A DNA stretch of 64,000 nt from Spirochaetaceae bacterium. Lineage in GTDB: Bacteria; Spirochaetota; Spirochaetia; DSM-2461. The stretch lies in NCBI GenBank assembly GCA_965224705.1, contig OZ245056.1, positions 1,280,001 through 1,344,000 on the forward strand, given 5' to 3'. The notes beneath the pieces are model-generated. The model made no database searches. It had not been told where the DNA came from and saw nothing but the letters and a program-made list of their open reading frames with translations. Below, piece by piece: positions 51,746 through 61,553 of the stretch; the first letter of the stretch is position 1, and each line of letters starts with the position of its first letter. Both the position numbers and the translations under genes were made by a program.

Positions 51746-51811
51746 TACAGAAGACATGAAAAAAACTATTGCCAAAGCCTAAGTAGAAATCATACCCTAT
51801 ACATAAATCCC

Positions 51812-52936
51812 ATGAAGCATAATGTGTTTCGAATACTGTATAATGGCAGTGATAAAGAAGCATTCTCCCATCTGAGCGATGGATTACCTGATACGATGGA
51901 ACTCATCTTCACTCCGAGGGATAATAATTTCGATGATTTGCTGAGAACATATTCCCCACAGGTGATCGTACTGCCTTTTGAGAATTCCTACCCAGAACCG
52001 GACGATTTGATGTACCTGAGGATGATGATAAATAAATCCAATACCTACAGTGTTATTGTAATCGCCCGCCAGTTAACTGTATCACAGGCGGTTTGTCTGA
52101 TGAAAGTTGGGGCCTATGATTGTTTGTTGGGGGATGTCTCAGGCACAGTATTGGAAATGATCATTTCTCGTCTGATGCATGAGACTTGCCCAGCAAATTT
52201 CTCGGAAGACCTGATTCTTGGAGATAGTCAGGAGATGAGAAATCTTCGCAAAAAAATATGCCAATATGCCAGGTTCAACTACCCATGCCTGATAAAGGGA
52301 GAAACAGGCAGCGGCAAAGAACTGGTCGCAAAAACTCTCCATTCTCACAGTAACCATAAAGATGGTCCATTTGTACCTGTCGATTGTTCGACATACCCTG
52401 ATGATCTGCTTGGGGCGGAGTTGTTCGGATCTCGCAAAGGTGCATTCACTGGTTCAATTGACAGAAAGGGACTATTTGAAAGTGCTGAAGGCGGAACGAT
52501 CTTTCTTGATGAGATAGGGGAATTAAGCCTGCAGGGACAGGTAAAACTCCTCCGGGTTCTTGAGGAAAAAACAATTCGCCGCATTGGCTCCAGTGTACTT
52601 CGGTCGATAAATGTCAGAATAATAGCAGCGACAAATCAAGACCTTAAACAGCTTATCACAGAGGGGCGATTTCGTTCCGACCTGTTATTTCGTCTCAACA
52701 TCCTGAATCTGACGGTTCCTCCCCTTAGACAGCATCGCGAAGACATACCACTTCTCACCCGGCATTTCCTGAGTAAAATTCCCTCTGCCACCAGAAGAAT
52801 CGACTGTTCAGCAATACAGAATCTGGTGAACTATGATTGGCCGGGCAATGTGAGAGAACTTCAAGCTGTTATAATCAGATCTTTCGTCGGTACCAATTCC
52901 ATGACTATCGGAGCTGCGAATATAGTTTTTGACTAG
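51812..52936 (+). CDS. sigma54-dependent activator (bEBP) with degenerate receiver and no C-terminal HTH
   Basis: GETGSGKE, ELFG..KGAFTGS, FLDEIGE, RFRSDLLFRL, WPGNVREL. Confidence 0.88.
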   Translation: MKHNVFRILYNGSDKEAFSHLSDGLPDTMELIFTPRDNNFDDLLRTYSPQVIVLPFENSYPEPDDLMYLRMMINKSNTYSVIVIARQLTVSQAVCLMKVGAYDCLLGDVSGTVLEMIISRLMHETCPANFSEDLILGDSQEMRNLRKKICQYARFNYPCLIKGETGSGKELVAKTLHSHSNHKDGPFVPVDCSTYPDDLLGAELFGSRKGAFTGSIDRKGLFESAEGGTIFLDEIGELSLQGQVKLLRVLEEKTIRRIGSSVLRSINVRIIAATNQDLKQLITEGRFRSDLLFRLNILNLTVPPLRQHREDIPLLTRHFLSKIPSATRRIDCSAIQNLVNYDWPGNVRELQAVIIRSFVGTNSMTIGAANIVFD

Positions 52937-53097
52937 GAGTCTGTCGGACTTACGCCTCACGGCTCGATTTTTGCCCTTTTTCCCTGCTGCTGCGTTGCCA
53001 AAATACTCACGTAGCCCAGCTACGCTCCGTTTTTGTCGCCTTGCATCAGGAAAAAATCATCAAAAATCGCCTCGAAGCCTTAAAGTCCGACAGACTC
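52937..53097 (+). mobile_element. Family A MITE, core A1, CTAG duplication
   Basis: Inserted at the CTAG containing the bEBP stop codon. Confidence 0.92.
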
Positions 53098-53101
53098 CTA
53101 G

Positions 53102-53290
53102 GAGCCTGTCGGACTTACGCCTCACGGCTCGATTCTTGCCCTTCTCTCCAGAAGCAGGCCTCCTGCTTGCTTCTTCCGAGCCGCCTTCGTTCGTTTTCGC
53201 CGCCATCCGTGGCGGCTTTTCCTCGCCATCGCTCGGCACTCTCTCAGGATCATCAAAAATCGCCTTGAAGCCTTAAATTCCGACAGACTC
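53102..53290 (+). mobile_element. Family A MITE, alternative core A2 (189 bp), tandem with the previous copy
   Basis: Same arms, different interior with hairpins AGAAGCA...TGCTTCT and GCCGCCA-TCCG-TGGCGGC. Confidence 0.88.
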
Positions 53291-53395
53291 CTGTTGGAGC
53301 AGAAGACAGGATCGTGAACATCCAGGAACCGTTTCATCACTGAAGCAGTGCCTGTTCTTGATAACATACAACCCTCCATAGTACAGTAGGAACTC

Positions 53396-56300
53396 ATGTA
53401 TAACAAAGTTGACCCTCAAAACGACTTTCCTCGAATGGAGGAAAAAATCCTTCAATACTGGAAGGAAAACCAGATTTTTGAAAAATCCATTGCGAATCGT
53501 TCGTCTCAGGATGAATTTGTGTTCTATGACGGCCCTCCGTTTGCAACAGGGCTGCCGCATTTCGGTCACTTTGTACCCGGTGCTATAAAAGACATCATCC
53601 CCCGTTACGCTACGATGAAGGGCAAAAGAGTTGAACGCCGATTTGGATGGGATTGCCATGGATTGCCGGTTGAATATGAGGTGGAAAAAGAAATCGGGAT
53701 TTCCGGCAAAGCCGCAATTGAAAAATATGGTGTGGCAGAATTCAATGAAATCTGCCAATCCATTGTTCTGCGTTATACCAGTGAATGGCAGAGAATAATG
53801 ACCCGTTCCGGACGCTGGGTCGATTTTGATAACGATTACAAAACCATGGAGCCAGACTACATGGAGTCGATCTGGTGGGTGGTGAAATCTCTTTGGGATA
53901 AGAAACTCATTTACCAGGGACATTACATCCTGCCCAACTGTCCCCGCTGCTCAACACCACTGTCCAATCATGAGCTCAATCTGGGCGGTTATAAAGAAGT
54001 TCACGATCCAGCCATTACTGTCCGATTCCAGACAAGAGAAGACAGGAACACCTGGTTTCTGGCCTGGACTACAACCCCCTGGACCCTCATCAGTAATCTG
54101 GGACTGTGTCTTGGTTCTGACATCGACTATATCAAGGTTGAGAAACTTTCCAGTGCTGAATTCTACATTCTTGCTGAAGCCCGCATTGAAGACTATTTCG
54201 AATCGGAAGACGAGTACAGGATTATCTGGCAGAAAAAAGGTTATGAGCTTGACAACATTGGCTACGAGCCCCTCTTCCCCTACTTTGCAGAATTACAGAA
54301 CGAAGGAGCATTTAAAACCTTTACAGGTAATCATGTATCAACAGACGATGGTACAGGTATCGTCCATACAGCTCCTGGATTTGGCGAAGATGATTATGAA
54401 GTTATGAAGGAGACGGGGCTTCCCATGGTTTGCCCGGTGAATGATGAGGGACTGTATACTGACGAAGTCAGTGACTATGCGGGCCGATTTGTGAAGGACT
54501 GTGACAGGGATATCATTAAAAGGCTGAAAGATTGTGGTGCCCTTGTTAAACGGGATCAGATTCTCCATGCCTACCCTCATTGCTGGCGCTGTGAGAGTCC
54601 TCTCATTTATAAAGCAGTCAGTTCATGGTTTGTGAATATTCAGAGGATCAAGGCAGCCATGCTGGAGTCCAATGATAAGGTGGACTGGATACCAGGTCAC
54701 TTAAAAAAAGGACGATTCGGTAAGTGGCTGGAAAATGCCCGGGATTGGGCCATCAGCAGGAACCGTTATTGGGGAAATCCCATCCCAATCTGGATATGCA
54801 GTACCTGCGGTGAGCAGGAATGCATTGGCAGTCTGGACGAGTTATACAGGAAGATCAGCCAGGAGGCCAGAAAGAAACATGAAGCTGAGGGCGGCGATCT
54901 CCACAAACACCATATTGATGAACTCTCATGGCCCTGTTCCTGTGGGGGGATGATGATACGGATCCCGGAAGTACTGGACTGCTGGTTTGAATCCGGGGCC
55001 ATGCCCTACGCCCAGGTTCATTATCCCTTTGAGAACAAGCAGTGGTTTGAGGAGCATTTTCCGGCAGACTTCATTTCGGAAGGTCTGGATCAAACCAGGG
55101 GCTGGTTCTACACTCTCACTATCCTGGCTGCGGCATTATTTGGATCTCCGGCATTCCAGCATGTTGTTGTAAATGGTCTAGTGCTGGCAGAAGACGGCAG
55201 GAAAATGTCCAAGAAACTGAGGAATTATACAGACCCGGGAGTTATCATTGACATGTTTGGGGCTGATGCTCTCAGGCTTTTCTTAATGAATTCAGCAGCA
55301 GTGAAGGCGGAAAGCCTCCGTTATTCAGATAACGGTGTCCGTGATGTACTCAAGGGTGTTCTTATCCCTCTATGGAATGCCTATAGTTTCTATGTAACCT
55401 ATGCGAACATTGATAATGTCCGGCCAGAGGGCCTGTCCGATGACGCACAGAATCCCCTGGATCAATGGATCCTTTCGGAGACAGCCTCCCTGGTGGAGAC
55501 TGTTGGCCGAATGCTGGATGCCTATGACATACAGAAAGCCATTGAACCCATTCTTGTCTATATAGATGCTCTCAACAACTGGTACATTCGCCGATCACGC
55601 CGACGTTTCTGGAAAAGCACTCATGATGGCGACAAATTGGATGCCTATTCCACATTATGGACAGCTCTCATCACCCTGACCAAAGTCATCGCCCCTTTTA
55701 CGCCCTTCATTGCCGATGAGATTTACCTGAATCTGAAAAACAGGAACGACCCGGAATCTGTCCACCTGTGTGACTGGCCGGATGCTGGGAATTTTTCCAG
55801 GAATGAGATTCTGGAACAGAAGATGGAAGTAACCCGCCGTACCATAGGTTTGGGCCGATCACTTCGCAACACCCATGATCTGAAAATCCGTCAGCCGCTG
55901 AAGAGCCTGTTTATTGTCACACGGGATTCAACAGAAAAGACAATACTTCTTGAAATGGCTGACCTTCTCAAAGAGGAACTCAATATTAAAAATGTTTTAT
56001 TCCGGGAAAATGAAGAAGATCTGGTGGAATACATGGCAAAGGCTAATTTCAAGGTACTCGGTAGAATACTCGGTAAAGACATGAAGGCCGCTGCCGCCCG
56101 CATTGCAAAGCTCACCCCTGGAGAAATACGCAGCCTGATTGATGGGGCAGAGCTGTCCATTGATTTTGATGGTTCTGAAAACTCTGTTCTGGAACTCACC
56201 TCCGAATCAATCGAAGTAAGACGCAATGAAAAATCCGGTCTCAAGGTTGTCAATGAAGGTTCTCTTACCCTCGCCCTGGACCCGGAAATTACTCCGGAAC

Positions 56301-56560
56301 TTCTCTCCGAAGGCCTGGCACGAGATCTGGTACGGGGCATACAAAATCTACGAAAGGAAAATGGTTTTCAGGTAGCCGACCACATTACTCTTGAACTGAG
56401 CGGTACAGATGAGATACATGATGCCTGTCAAACCTTCAGGGATTACATAGCCGGAGAAGTTCTGGCTGATAATCTGATTCTGTCTGAGTCTCCTCTCAAA
56501 GACAGCCAGGAACTCACTGTGGGAGAGTTTCCCGTTTTTGTTAACCTGAATCGTGTATGA
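53396..56560 (+). CDS. ileS: Isoleucine--tRNA ligase (type II)
   Basis: DGPPFATGLPHFGH, FGWDCHGLPVE, WTTTPWTL, DWAISRNRYWG, EGLDQTRGWF, KMSKK. Type II C-terminus. Confidence 0.97.
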   Translation: MYNKVDPQNDFPRMEEKILQYWKENQIFEKSIANRSSQDEFVFYDGPPFATGLPHFGHFVPGAIKDIIPRYATMKGKRVERRFGWDCHGLPVEYEVEKEIGISGKAAIEKYGVAEFNEICQSIVLRYTSEWQRIMTRSGRWVDFDNDYKTMEPDYMESIWWVVKSLWDKKLIYQGHYILPNCPRCSTPLSNHELNLGGYKEVHDPAITVRFQTREDRNTWFLAWTTTPWTLISNLGLCLGSDIDYIKVEKLSSAEFYILAEARIEDYFESEDEYRIIWQKKGYELDNIGYEPLFPYFAELQNEGAFKTFTGNHVSTDDGTGIVHTAPGFGEDDYEVMKETGLPMVCPVNDEGLYTDEVSDYAGRFVKDCDRDIIKRLKDCGALVKRDQILHAYPHCWRCESPLIYKAVSSWFVNIQRIKAAMLESNDKVDWIPGHLKKGRFGKWLENARDWAISRNRYWGNPIPIWICSTCGEQECIGSLDELYRKISQEARKKHEAEGGDLHKHHIDELSWPCSCGGMMIRIPEVLDCWFESGAMPYAQVHYPFENKQWFEEHFPADFISEGLDQTRGWFYTLTILAAALFGSPAFQHVVVNGLVLAEDGRKMSKKLRNYTDPGVIIDMFGADALRLFLMNSAAVKAESLRYSDNGVRDVLKGVLIPLWNAYSFYVTYANIDNVRPEGLSDDAQNPLDQWILSETASLVETVGRMLDAYDIQKAIEPILVYIDALNNWYIRRSRRRFWKSTHDGDKLDAYSTLWTALITLTKVIAPFTPFIADEIYLNLKNRNDPESVHLCDWPDAGNFSRNEILEQKMEVTRRTIGLGRSLRNTHDLKIRQPLKSLFIVTRDSTEKTILLEMADLLKEELNIKNVLFRENEEDLVEYMAKANFKVLGRILGKDMKAAAARIAKLTPGEIRSLIDGAELSIDFDGSENSVLELTSESIEVRRNEKSGLKVVNEGSLTLALDPEITPELLSEGLARDLVRGIQNLRKENGFQVADHITLELSGTDEIHDACQTFRDYIAGEVLADNLILSESPLKDSQELTVGEFPVFVNLNRV

Positions 56561-57414
56561 AACCAGAGCAACTGACCATTGTATTAATCCTCTTCATTTC
56601 CTGCCGAACAATGCCGGTAGCCCCCTATCCGGATGTTGTCCATTGGATTCCTGTAGAATCGGACATGCTTGTTCATCTTGTTGTAAGCGGAAATGAAGAC
56701 CTTACGGAAATTCTTGTGAGTCTCACTGGACTTCAACCGGAAACAGTAAACCCCATACTGGAACGGACTGCTGTGTTTACAGCCGGATTGGAGATGAATG
56801 ACGAGCAGTTTGACTTCTCTACAATTCCAATTCATGTCGCGGCCGTGGGGATGTGGCCCCGAGGTGTCCTTGGCAGTGTGTTGGGAAAGGACTGGACACG
56901 AAGGAAAAGGAATGAATTCGTGTGGGATGGCCCTGACGGCCTTGGCATTGCAGCCCCGACCCATGAGTTAATTCTCCTTTCCCGCGGTCGACTGGATTCC
57001 CTTGCCGCTCAGCAACCCCAACCTCCATTGATGAGTGCTCAACGTAGTGAGTTGTTTACTGATGCTGATTTTTCTCTGTTAGTCAGCAATCCTGATCTGG
57101 CCTCCAGGATCATACCCCAGGTGGCAGGAAAGATTGACAGTTTTCTTTTGACCATCAACAAGGATGTCAATCAGGACTATTTAGTTTATTTCCAATTGAC
57201 AGCGGCCCGGGAAGAGCTGGCCCCTTCTCTTGCCCTGGCGCTGCGTATCGCTCTGTCTGCACGCCTTGGAAAATCATCCATTGCTGGGGAGAAAGAACTC
57301 CTTGGATCGTTGGAACTTGAGGTAAGCGATGAGAGGATCCATTTAAGATTCCCACCGGTGGATTTCACCCTGCTTCGCTCACTCAGCGCTGGATTAAATC
57401 CTTTCGAAAGGTGA
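56557..57414 (+). CDS. Hypothetical lipoprotein
   Basis: Leader ending LFISC, ATGA overlap with ileS. Confidence 0.7.
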   Translation: MKPEQLTIVLILFISCRTMPVAPYPDVVHWIPVESDMLVHLVVSGNEDLTEILVSLTGLQPETVNPILERTAVFTAGLEMNDEQFDFSTIPIHVAAVGMWPRGVLGSVLGKDWTRRKRNEFVWDGPDGLGIAAPTHELILLSRGRLDSLAAQQPQPPLMSAQRSELFTDADFSLLVSNPDLASRIIPQVAGKIDSFLLTINKDVNQDYLVYFQLTAAREELAPSLALALRIALSARLGKSSIAGEKELLGSLELEVSDERIHLRFPPVDFTLLRSLSAGLNPFER

Positions 57415-57418
57415 AATA

Positions 57419-58033
57419 ATGCTGGCCGTCATTGATTACAATGCAGGAAATCTTACCAGTGTCGTAACAGCTCTTCGTCATATCGGAGTTCAGTATGTGG
57501 TCACCTCAAATCCTGGAACTGTTCAAGCAGCCGATAAGGTAATCTTCCCGGGTGTGGGAGAAGCCCAACAGGCTATGACAGAACTCCGTTTCAGGGGTCT
57601 TGATGAGACTCTCAAGGCTTATGCTGAAAGCAATAAGCCTTTACTGGGCATTTGTTTAGGAGCTCAAATCCTTCAAGAGTTCTCTGTTGAGAGTAATACT
57701 GATCTTCTGGGCCTGATCCCCGGCAGTGTGAAACTATTCCCGGGGGGGAAGGGGTGGAAAGTTCCTCAAATCGGGTGGAACACAATCATTCATGATAACT
57801 CTGCTCTATTCAAAGGCATTCGTCAGGAGAGCTCATTTTATTTTGTACACTCATATTACCTTTCACCGCATCTATCGACCGGTGAACCCTCGCCCTGGGT
57901 GTGTGCCACATCGAATTATGGAATTGAATTTGCGGCAGCCCTGCATCGGGGCAATATCTGGGGAACTCAATTCCATCCGGAAAAAAGTGGCCCCAACGGT
58001 CTGGCCGTATTGAAGAATTTCATTGACTGGTAG
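57419..58033 (+). CDS. hisH: Imidazole glycerol phosphate synthase, glutaminase subunit
   Basis: IDYNAGNL, FPGVG, LGICLGAQ, FYFVHSY, QFHPEKS. Confidence 0.96.
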   Translation: MLAVIDYNAGNLTSVVTALRHIGVQYVVTSNPGTVQAADKVIFPGVGEAQQAMTELRFRGLDETLKAYAESNKPLLGICLGAQILQEFSVESNTDLLGLIPGSVKLFPGGKGWKVPQIGWNTIIHDNSALFKGIRQESSFYFVHSYYLSPHLSTGEPSPWVCATSNYGIEFAAALHRGNIWGTQFHPEKSGPNGLAVLKNFIDW

Positions 58034-58039
58034 GAAAAC

Positions 58040-58807
58040 ATGTTTCAGAAAAGAATTGTTATCTGTCTTGATGTACGAAATGGAAAAACAACAAAGGGTA
58101 TACGCTTCAAGAACAATGTCGATATTGGCGATCCGGTGGAAATGGCCTTCAATTACTATCGCCAGGGTGTTGATGAATTGGTGTTCTACGATATTACAGC
58201 ATCGGCTGAAGGCCGTGGGATTATGATCGACGTCGTGAAGGCTGTAGCAGAAACAATTTTCATCCCTTTTTGTGTTGGCGGAGGTATACGCAGCCTTGAC
58301 GATATGAGGGAAGTTATAATGGCCGGTGCGGAGAAGGTCAGCATCAATTCAGCGGCTGTTCGCAAACCTGATATAATTACCGATGGTGCGAAACACTATG
58401 GCTCCCAGTGCATCGTACTTGGTATGGACGTTGAAGCCGATACGGCCATGCCTTCGGGTTACGGAGTTGTTATCGATGGGGGTCGAGTGAGGACTGGACG
58501 GGATATGCTGGAATGGGCCCGGGAGGCCGAGGACAGAGGAGCCGGAGAGATAGTTCTCAACTCGATTGATGCCGATGGAACCCGGGATGGGTATGAGATC
58601 ACGGCTACTCGTCTGGTGAGTGAACATGTGGGCTTACCCGTGGTTGCCTCTGGCGGCGGCGGGGTTCCCAGTCACTTGATTCAGGTTCTCACCGAGGGTA
58701 AGGCGGATGCAGCATTGGTAGCGAGTATGGTTCACTATGGTGATTTTTCTGTACAGGACATCAAAGAGGAGCTGAATGCGGCGGGAATATCTGTCCGGAT
58801 TAATTGA
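58040..58807 (+). CDS. hisF: Imidazole glycerol phosphate synthase, cyclase subunit
   Basis: [36 protein letters not shown]. Confidence 0.96.
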   Translation: MFQKRIVICLDVRNGKTTKGIRFKNNVDIGDPVEMAFNYYRQGVDELVFYDITASAEGRGIMIDVVKAVAETIFIPFCVGGGIRSLDDMREVIMAGAEKVSINSAAVRKPDIITDGAKHYGSQCIVLGMDVEADTAMPSGYGVVIDGGRVRTGRDMLEWAREAEDRGAGEIVLNSIDADGTRDGYEITATRLVSEHVGLPVVASGGGGVPSHLIQVLTEGKADAALVASMVHYGDFSVQDIKEELNAAGISVRIN

Positions 58808-58857
58808 TCATCGGTGAGTTCCAGATCCCGGTAGAACCTGCTGCATTGCTACCCTTA

Positions 58858-59252
58858 CGTAGTGTCAGGAAGCTTGTAGAAGTCTGCTTGCATTGTACTA
58901 GGAGTCTGTCGGACTTTAAGACTTCGAGGCGATTTTTGATGATTTTTTCCTGATGCAAGGCGACGAAAACGGAGCGTAGCTGGGCTACGTGAGCATTTTG
59001 ACAACGCGGTAGCGGGAAAAAAGGGCAGAAATCGAGCCGTGAGGCGTAAGTCCGACAGACTCCTAGGGTAAGGTGAAGTTTTCTGCTTGATATAGTTGCT
59101 CTTATACTGTTTTTGGTTATGATTTAGTGAAAAACCATTTTGATCGTTGAAAATTCACGCCGATCGAACACCATCGTAATTATTTTACCCAGAATATATT
59201 ATTCTTGTAGAGGCTGCCTTCGTTTCATCTCTACAGGCTTCCGGACACTCCG
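58858..59252. mobile_element. Family B element interrupted by a family A copy
   Basis: Ends AGTGTCAGGAAGCTTGTAGA (58861) and TCTACAGGCTTCCGGACACT (to 59249) are inverted. Confidence 0.65.
58902..59062 (-). mobile_element. Family A MITE, core A1 (diverged), CTAG duplication
   Basis: CTAG|GAGTCTGTCGGACTT...GACTC|CTAG. Confidence 0.9.
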
Positions 59253-59258
59253 TTATTC

Positions 59259-59573
59259 CTAAATATTTCCACGGCGTGGAATGTTTGTGTTCCTGTTCTG
59301 ACTGATGGTTGCCTTCCCCTGCGGATAGGGCTTCCCCCGGTTTCTTTGAGTCTCATTCGTTCTGACCGTATTATCAGAACCGGGTTCCTCTGATACTGGC
59401 TCGGCTTCTCTCTCCCTGGCGGCTTCCGCCAATTCGTTGTGTTTTTCCTTCTCATCACCATCCAGATGACATTTCTTGTATTTCTTCCCCGACCCACAGG
59501 GGCATGGATCGTTTCGTCCTGTCGTTTTCAAGCGCTCATTGTATGCTGGAATATCCATGTGTTCAGTATACAT
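59259..59573 (-). CDS. SEC-C motif protein
   Basis: [18 protein letters not shown]. Confidence 0.85.
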   Translation of the reverse strand: MYTEHMDIPAYNERLKTTGRNDPCPCGSGKKYKKCHLDGDEKEKHNELAEAAREREAEPVSEEPGSDNTVRTNETQRNRGKPYPQGKATISQNRNTNIPRRGNI

Positions 59574-59715
59574 ACTGGCGAAAGTAATGTGAATACAATA
59601 GAACTCATTTCGATCTGACTGTGAGGACTGATATCGACAGCCTATATGATGACGTTGTACGGATGGCTGCTTGAATTCTGCCCTTTTGCACTGCCGACAT
59701 CAGGGTTGTCCTCAG

Positions 59716-59888
59716 GAGTCTGTCGAACTTTGAGGTTTCTGGAGTGTCAGTAAGCTTGTTGAGTTTTCGCTTTTTCAAGTAATTGCAAGGTGCTAAGTCA
59801 TCAAAACAGTCGTATTAAAGGAATGTTTTTCAATTTAACAAGCTTGCTGACACTCTGTAAGGCTTTGAGGCGTAAGTCCGACAGGCTC
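59716..59888. mobile_element. Core-less family A element carrying a nested family B MITE (about 59740-59857)
   Basis: GAGTCTGTCGAACTT...[AGTGTCAGTAAGCTTGTT...AACAAGCTTGCTGACACT]...GAGGCGTAAGTCCGACAGGCTC. Confidence 0.8.
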
Positions 59889-59949
59889 CTGGATCCCGGA
59901 TTACCCTCTGACTGTAAACTGGCCGGGGATTGTTATCTCCTTCGAGAAA

Positions 59950-60732
59950 TCAGCCGAAGATGTCGGAGCGCAGGAAGCCGTAGTCATCAAAGCCCCTGCG
60001 CAGGCTGAAGAGTACCGACAGGAGTGTTGATATTTCCGCCGCAGCCGTGATTGCAAGGATGATGACAATCTGGTACTTGATAGCGATGCCCGGAGGTGAT
60101 CCGCCCATAATCTGCCCGGTCATCATCCCGGGCAGAAAGACGAGGCCGATAGTCGCCGTGTTCGCAAGCATGGGCTCGAAACCGGCCCGGTAGGCCGTTC
60201 GCAGATAGGGTGCCACTGCTTCGCTCACCGTGGCACCCATGGTTACGAGTGCGGCATGTCTCTCCCTGTCTCTTAAAATGGAGCCGTAGAAACGTTCCAG
60301 GGTAATGATGGTTCGATTCATGCTGTTGCCGAGTAACATGCCGGCGAGTGGTATGAGGTAGCGGGCATCGTAAAACGGGTCGGAGGTAAAGACGAGCAGG
60401 GTGAAGTATGCAAGTACCAGTCCTATTCCGAGCATAAGAGCTGGAAGCGTGAAGCGAAACATGGCAAACCGCAGGCCGGAACCATGAAGCAGGGATACGT
60501 TGGCCACGATCAGCATGATGAACACGTAGCCCAGGTTCACTGCGGGGTGGTTCCAGGCGAAAATAAAGGTCAGGTATAACCCGATGAGCCAGAGCTGAAC
60601 AGCCATTCGTCCAAAACCCACCGCCAGTGCTGCATGACGGTGGACTCGAAGCAGGGAGAGGATGCCGAAGGACAGCAGCAGGGGAACGAACGCAAAAATC
60701 ATTCCCCATGTTGTAATATCACGGCTGCCCAT
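59950..60732 (-). CDS. ABC transporter permease, UPF0014 (FetB/YbbM-like)
   Basis: RMAVQL, YLIPLAGMLLGNSM, GLVFLPGMMTGQIMGG, KYQI. Confidence 0.9.
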   Translation of the reverse strand: MGSRDITTWGMIFAFVPLLLSFGILSLLRVHRHAALAVGFGRMAVQLWLIGLYLTFIFAWNHPAVNLGYVFIMLIVANVSLLHGSGLRFAMFRFTLPALMLGIGLVLAYFTLLVFTSDPFYDARYLIPLAGMLLGNSMNRTIITLERFYGSILRDRERHAALVTMGATVSEAVAPYLRTAYRAGFEPMLANTATIGLVFLPGMMTGQIMGGSPPGIAIKYQIVIILAITAAAEISTLLSVLFSLRRGFDDYGFLRSDIFG

Positions 60733-61375
60733 TCGGTTCTTCCTCACTGCATGCAGCTTTCAGTTCAATGCAGGGTGAGGCTACGGCGATCCAGTCTTCA
60801 TCATGGGTTACGGCGAGGACAGTGCTCTTTGCATCCGCAAAGATTGCGTCCTGGACAATGCGCTGGTTTTCCGAATCCAGGGCCGCTGTCACCTCGTCCA
60901 GCAGCAGCACATCGCGTTCGAGCAAAAGGGCCCGGGCGAGAGCAAGCCTCTGAGACTCTCCTCCCGACACCTCCCTTGCAAGGGTATCAAGGAGGGAGCG
61001 ATCAAGCCGGAAACGCTCCAGCATCTGTTCTACCTTGATCTCGCTCGGATACACATCCCTGTTGGCTCGTAAGCGAAAAGGAAGCAGCATGTAGTCGCGA
61101 ACGATTTCGTCCTCAAAGAATGACAGCGATTGAGGAACGTACGCAATTTTTCTTCGAATCATGCCAATTGTTTCTGGTGCGACTTTCTGTCCGTTTAGAA
61201 AGACGCGGCCATGGCTTGGACGGTGCATTCCTGTGAGCGTTCGCAATACGCTTGTTTTTCCCGAGCCTGACTCTCCGCACAATACCGCCTTTTCGCCAGG
61301 GGCTACGGAAAAACTTAAACTACGGACAAGCTCTTTGCCGTCAATATGGACGGACAGTTCTTCTACCTTAATCAT
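60719..61375 (-). CDS. ABC transporter ATP-binding protein (FetA/YbbL-like)
   Basis: GESGSGKT, VSGGESQR, LLDEVTAALD, VTHD. Confidence 0.9.
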   Translation of the reverse strand: MIKVEELSVHIDGKELVRSLSFSVAPGEKAVLCGESGSGKTSVLRTLTGMHRPSHGRVFLNGQKVAPETIGMIRRKIAYVPQSLSFFEDEIVRDYMLLPFRLRANRDVYPSEIKVEQMLERFRLDRSLLDTLAREVSGGESQRLALARALLLERDVLLLDEVTAALDSENQRIVQDAIFADAKSTVLAVTHDEDWIAVASPCIELKAACSEEEPNGQP

Positions 61376-61553
61376 GGTTCAGCCTTAACAGTACGCAGAA
61401 TAGCAGACAAACAGCAGCATGAGATCTTGCGGGGACTAAAGGGTCCCGGGACGACAAATAATGTAAACCTTCCGGGATGAAATCAAGGTATTGTACTCAA
61501 ATTCCTTCATATGATCCCTGCTATGGTAACCGTAAACGATTATCGGAAACAAG

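Noticed and set aside
52933..53290. Tandem TIR repeats as a CRISPR-like array
   Set aside because: These are two adjacent MITEs with inverted ends and multi-copy interiors. There are no unique spacers and no cas genes.
53396..56560. Type II IleRS as an acquired mupirocin-resistance gene
   Set aside because: It sits in a housekeeping operon, and type II IleRS is the normal form in spirochaetes.
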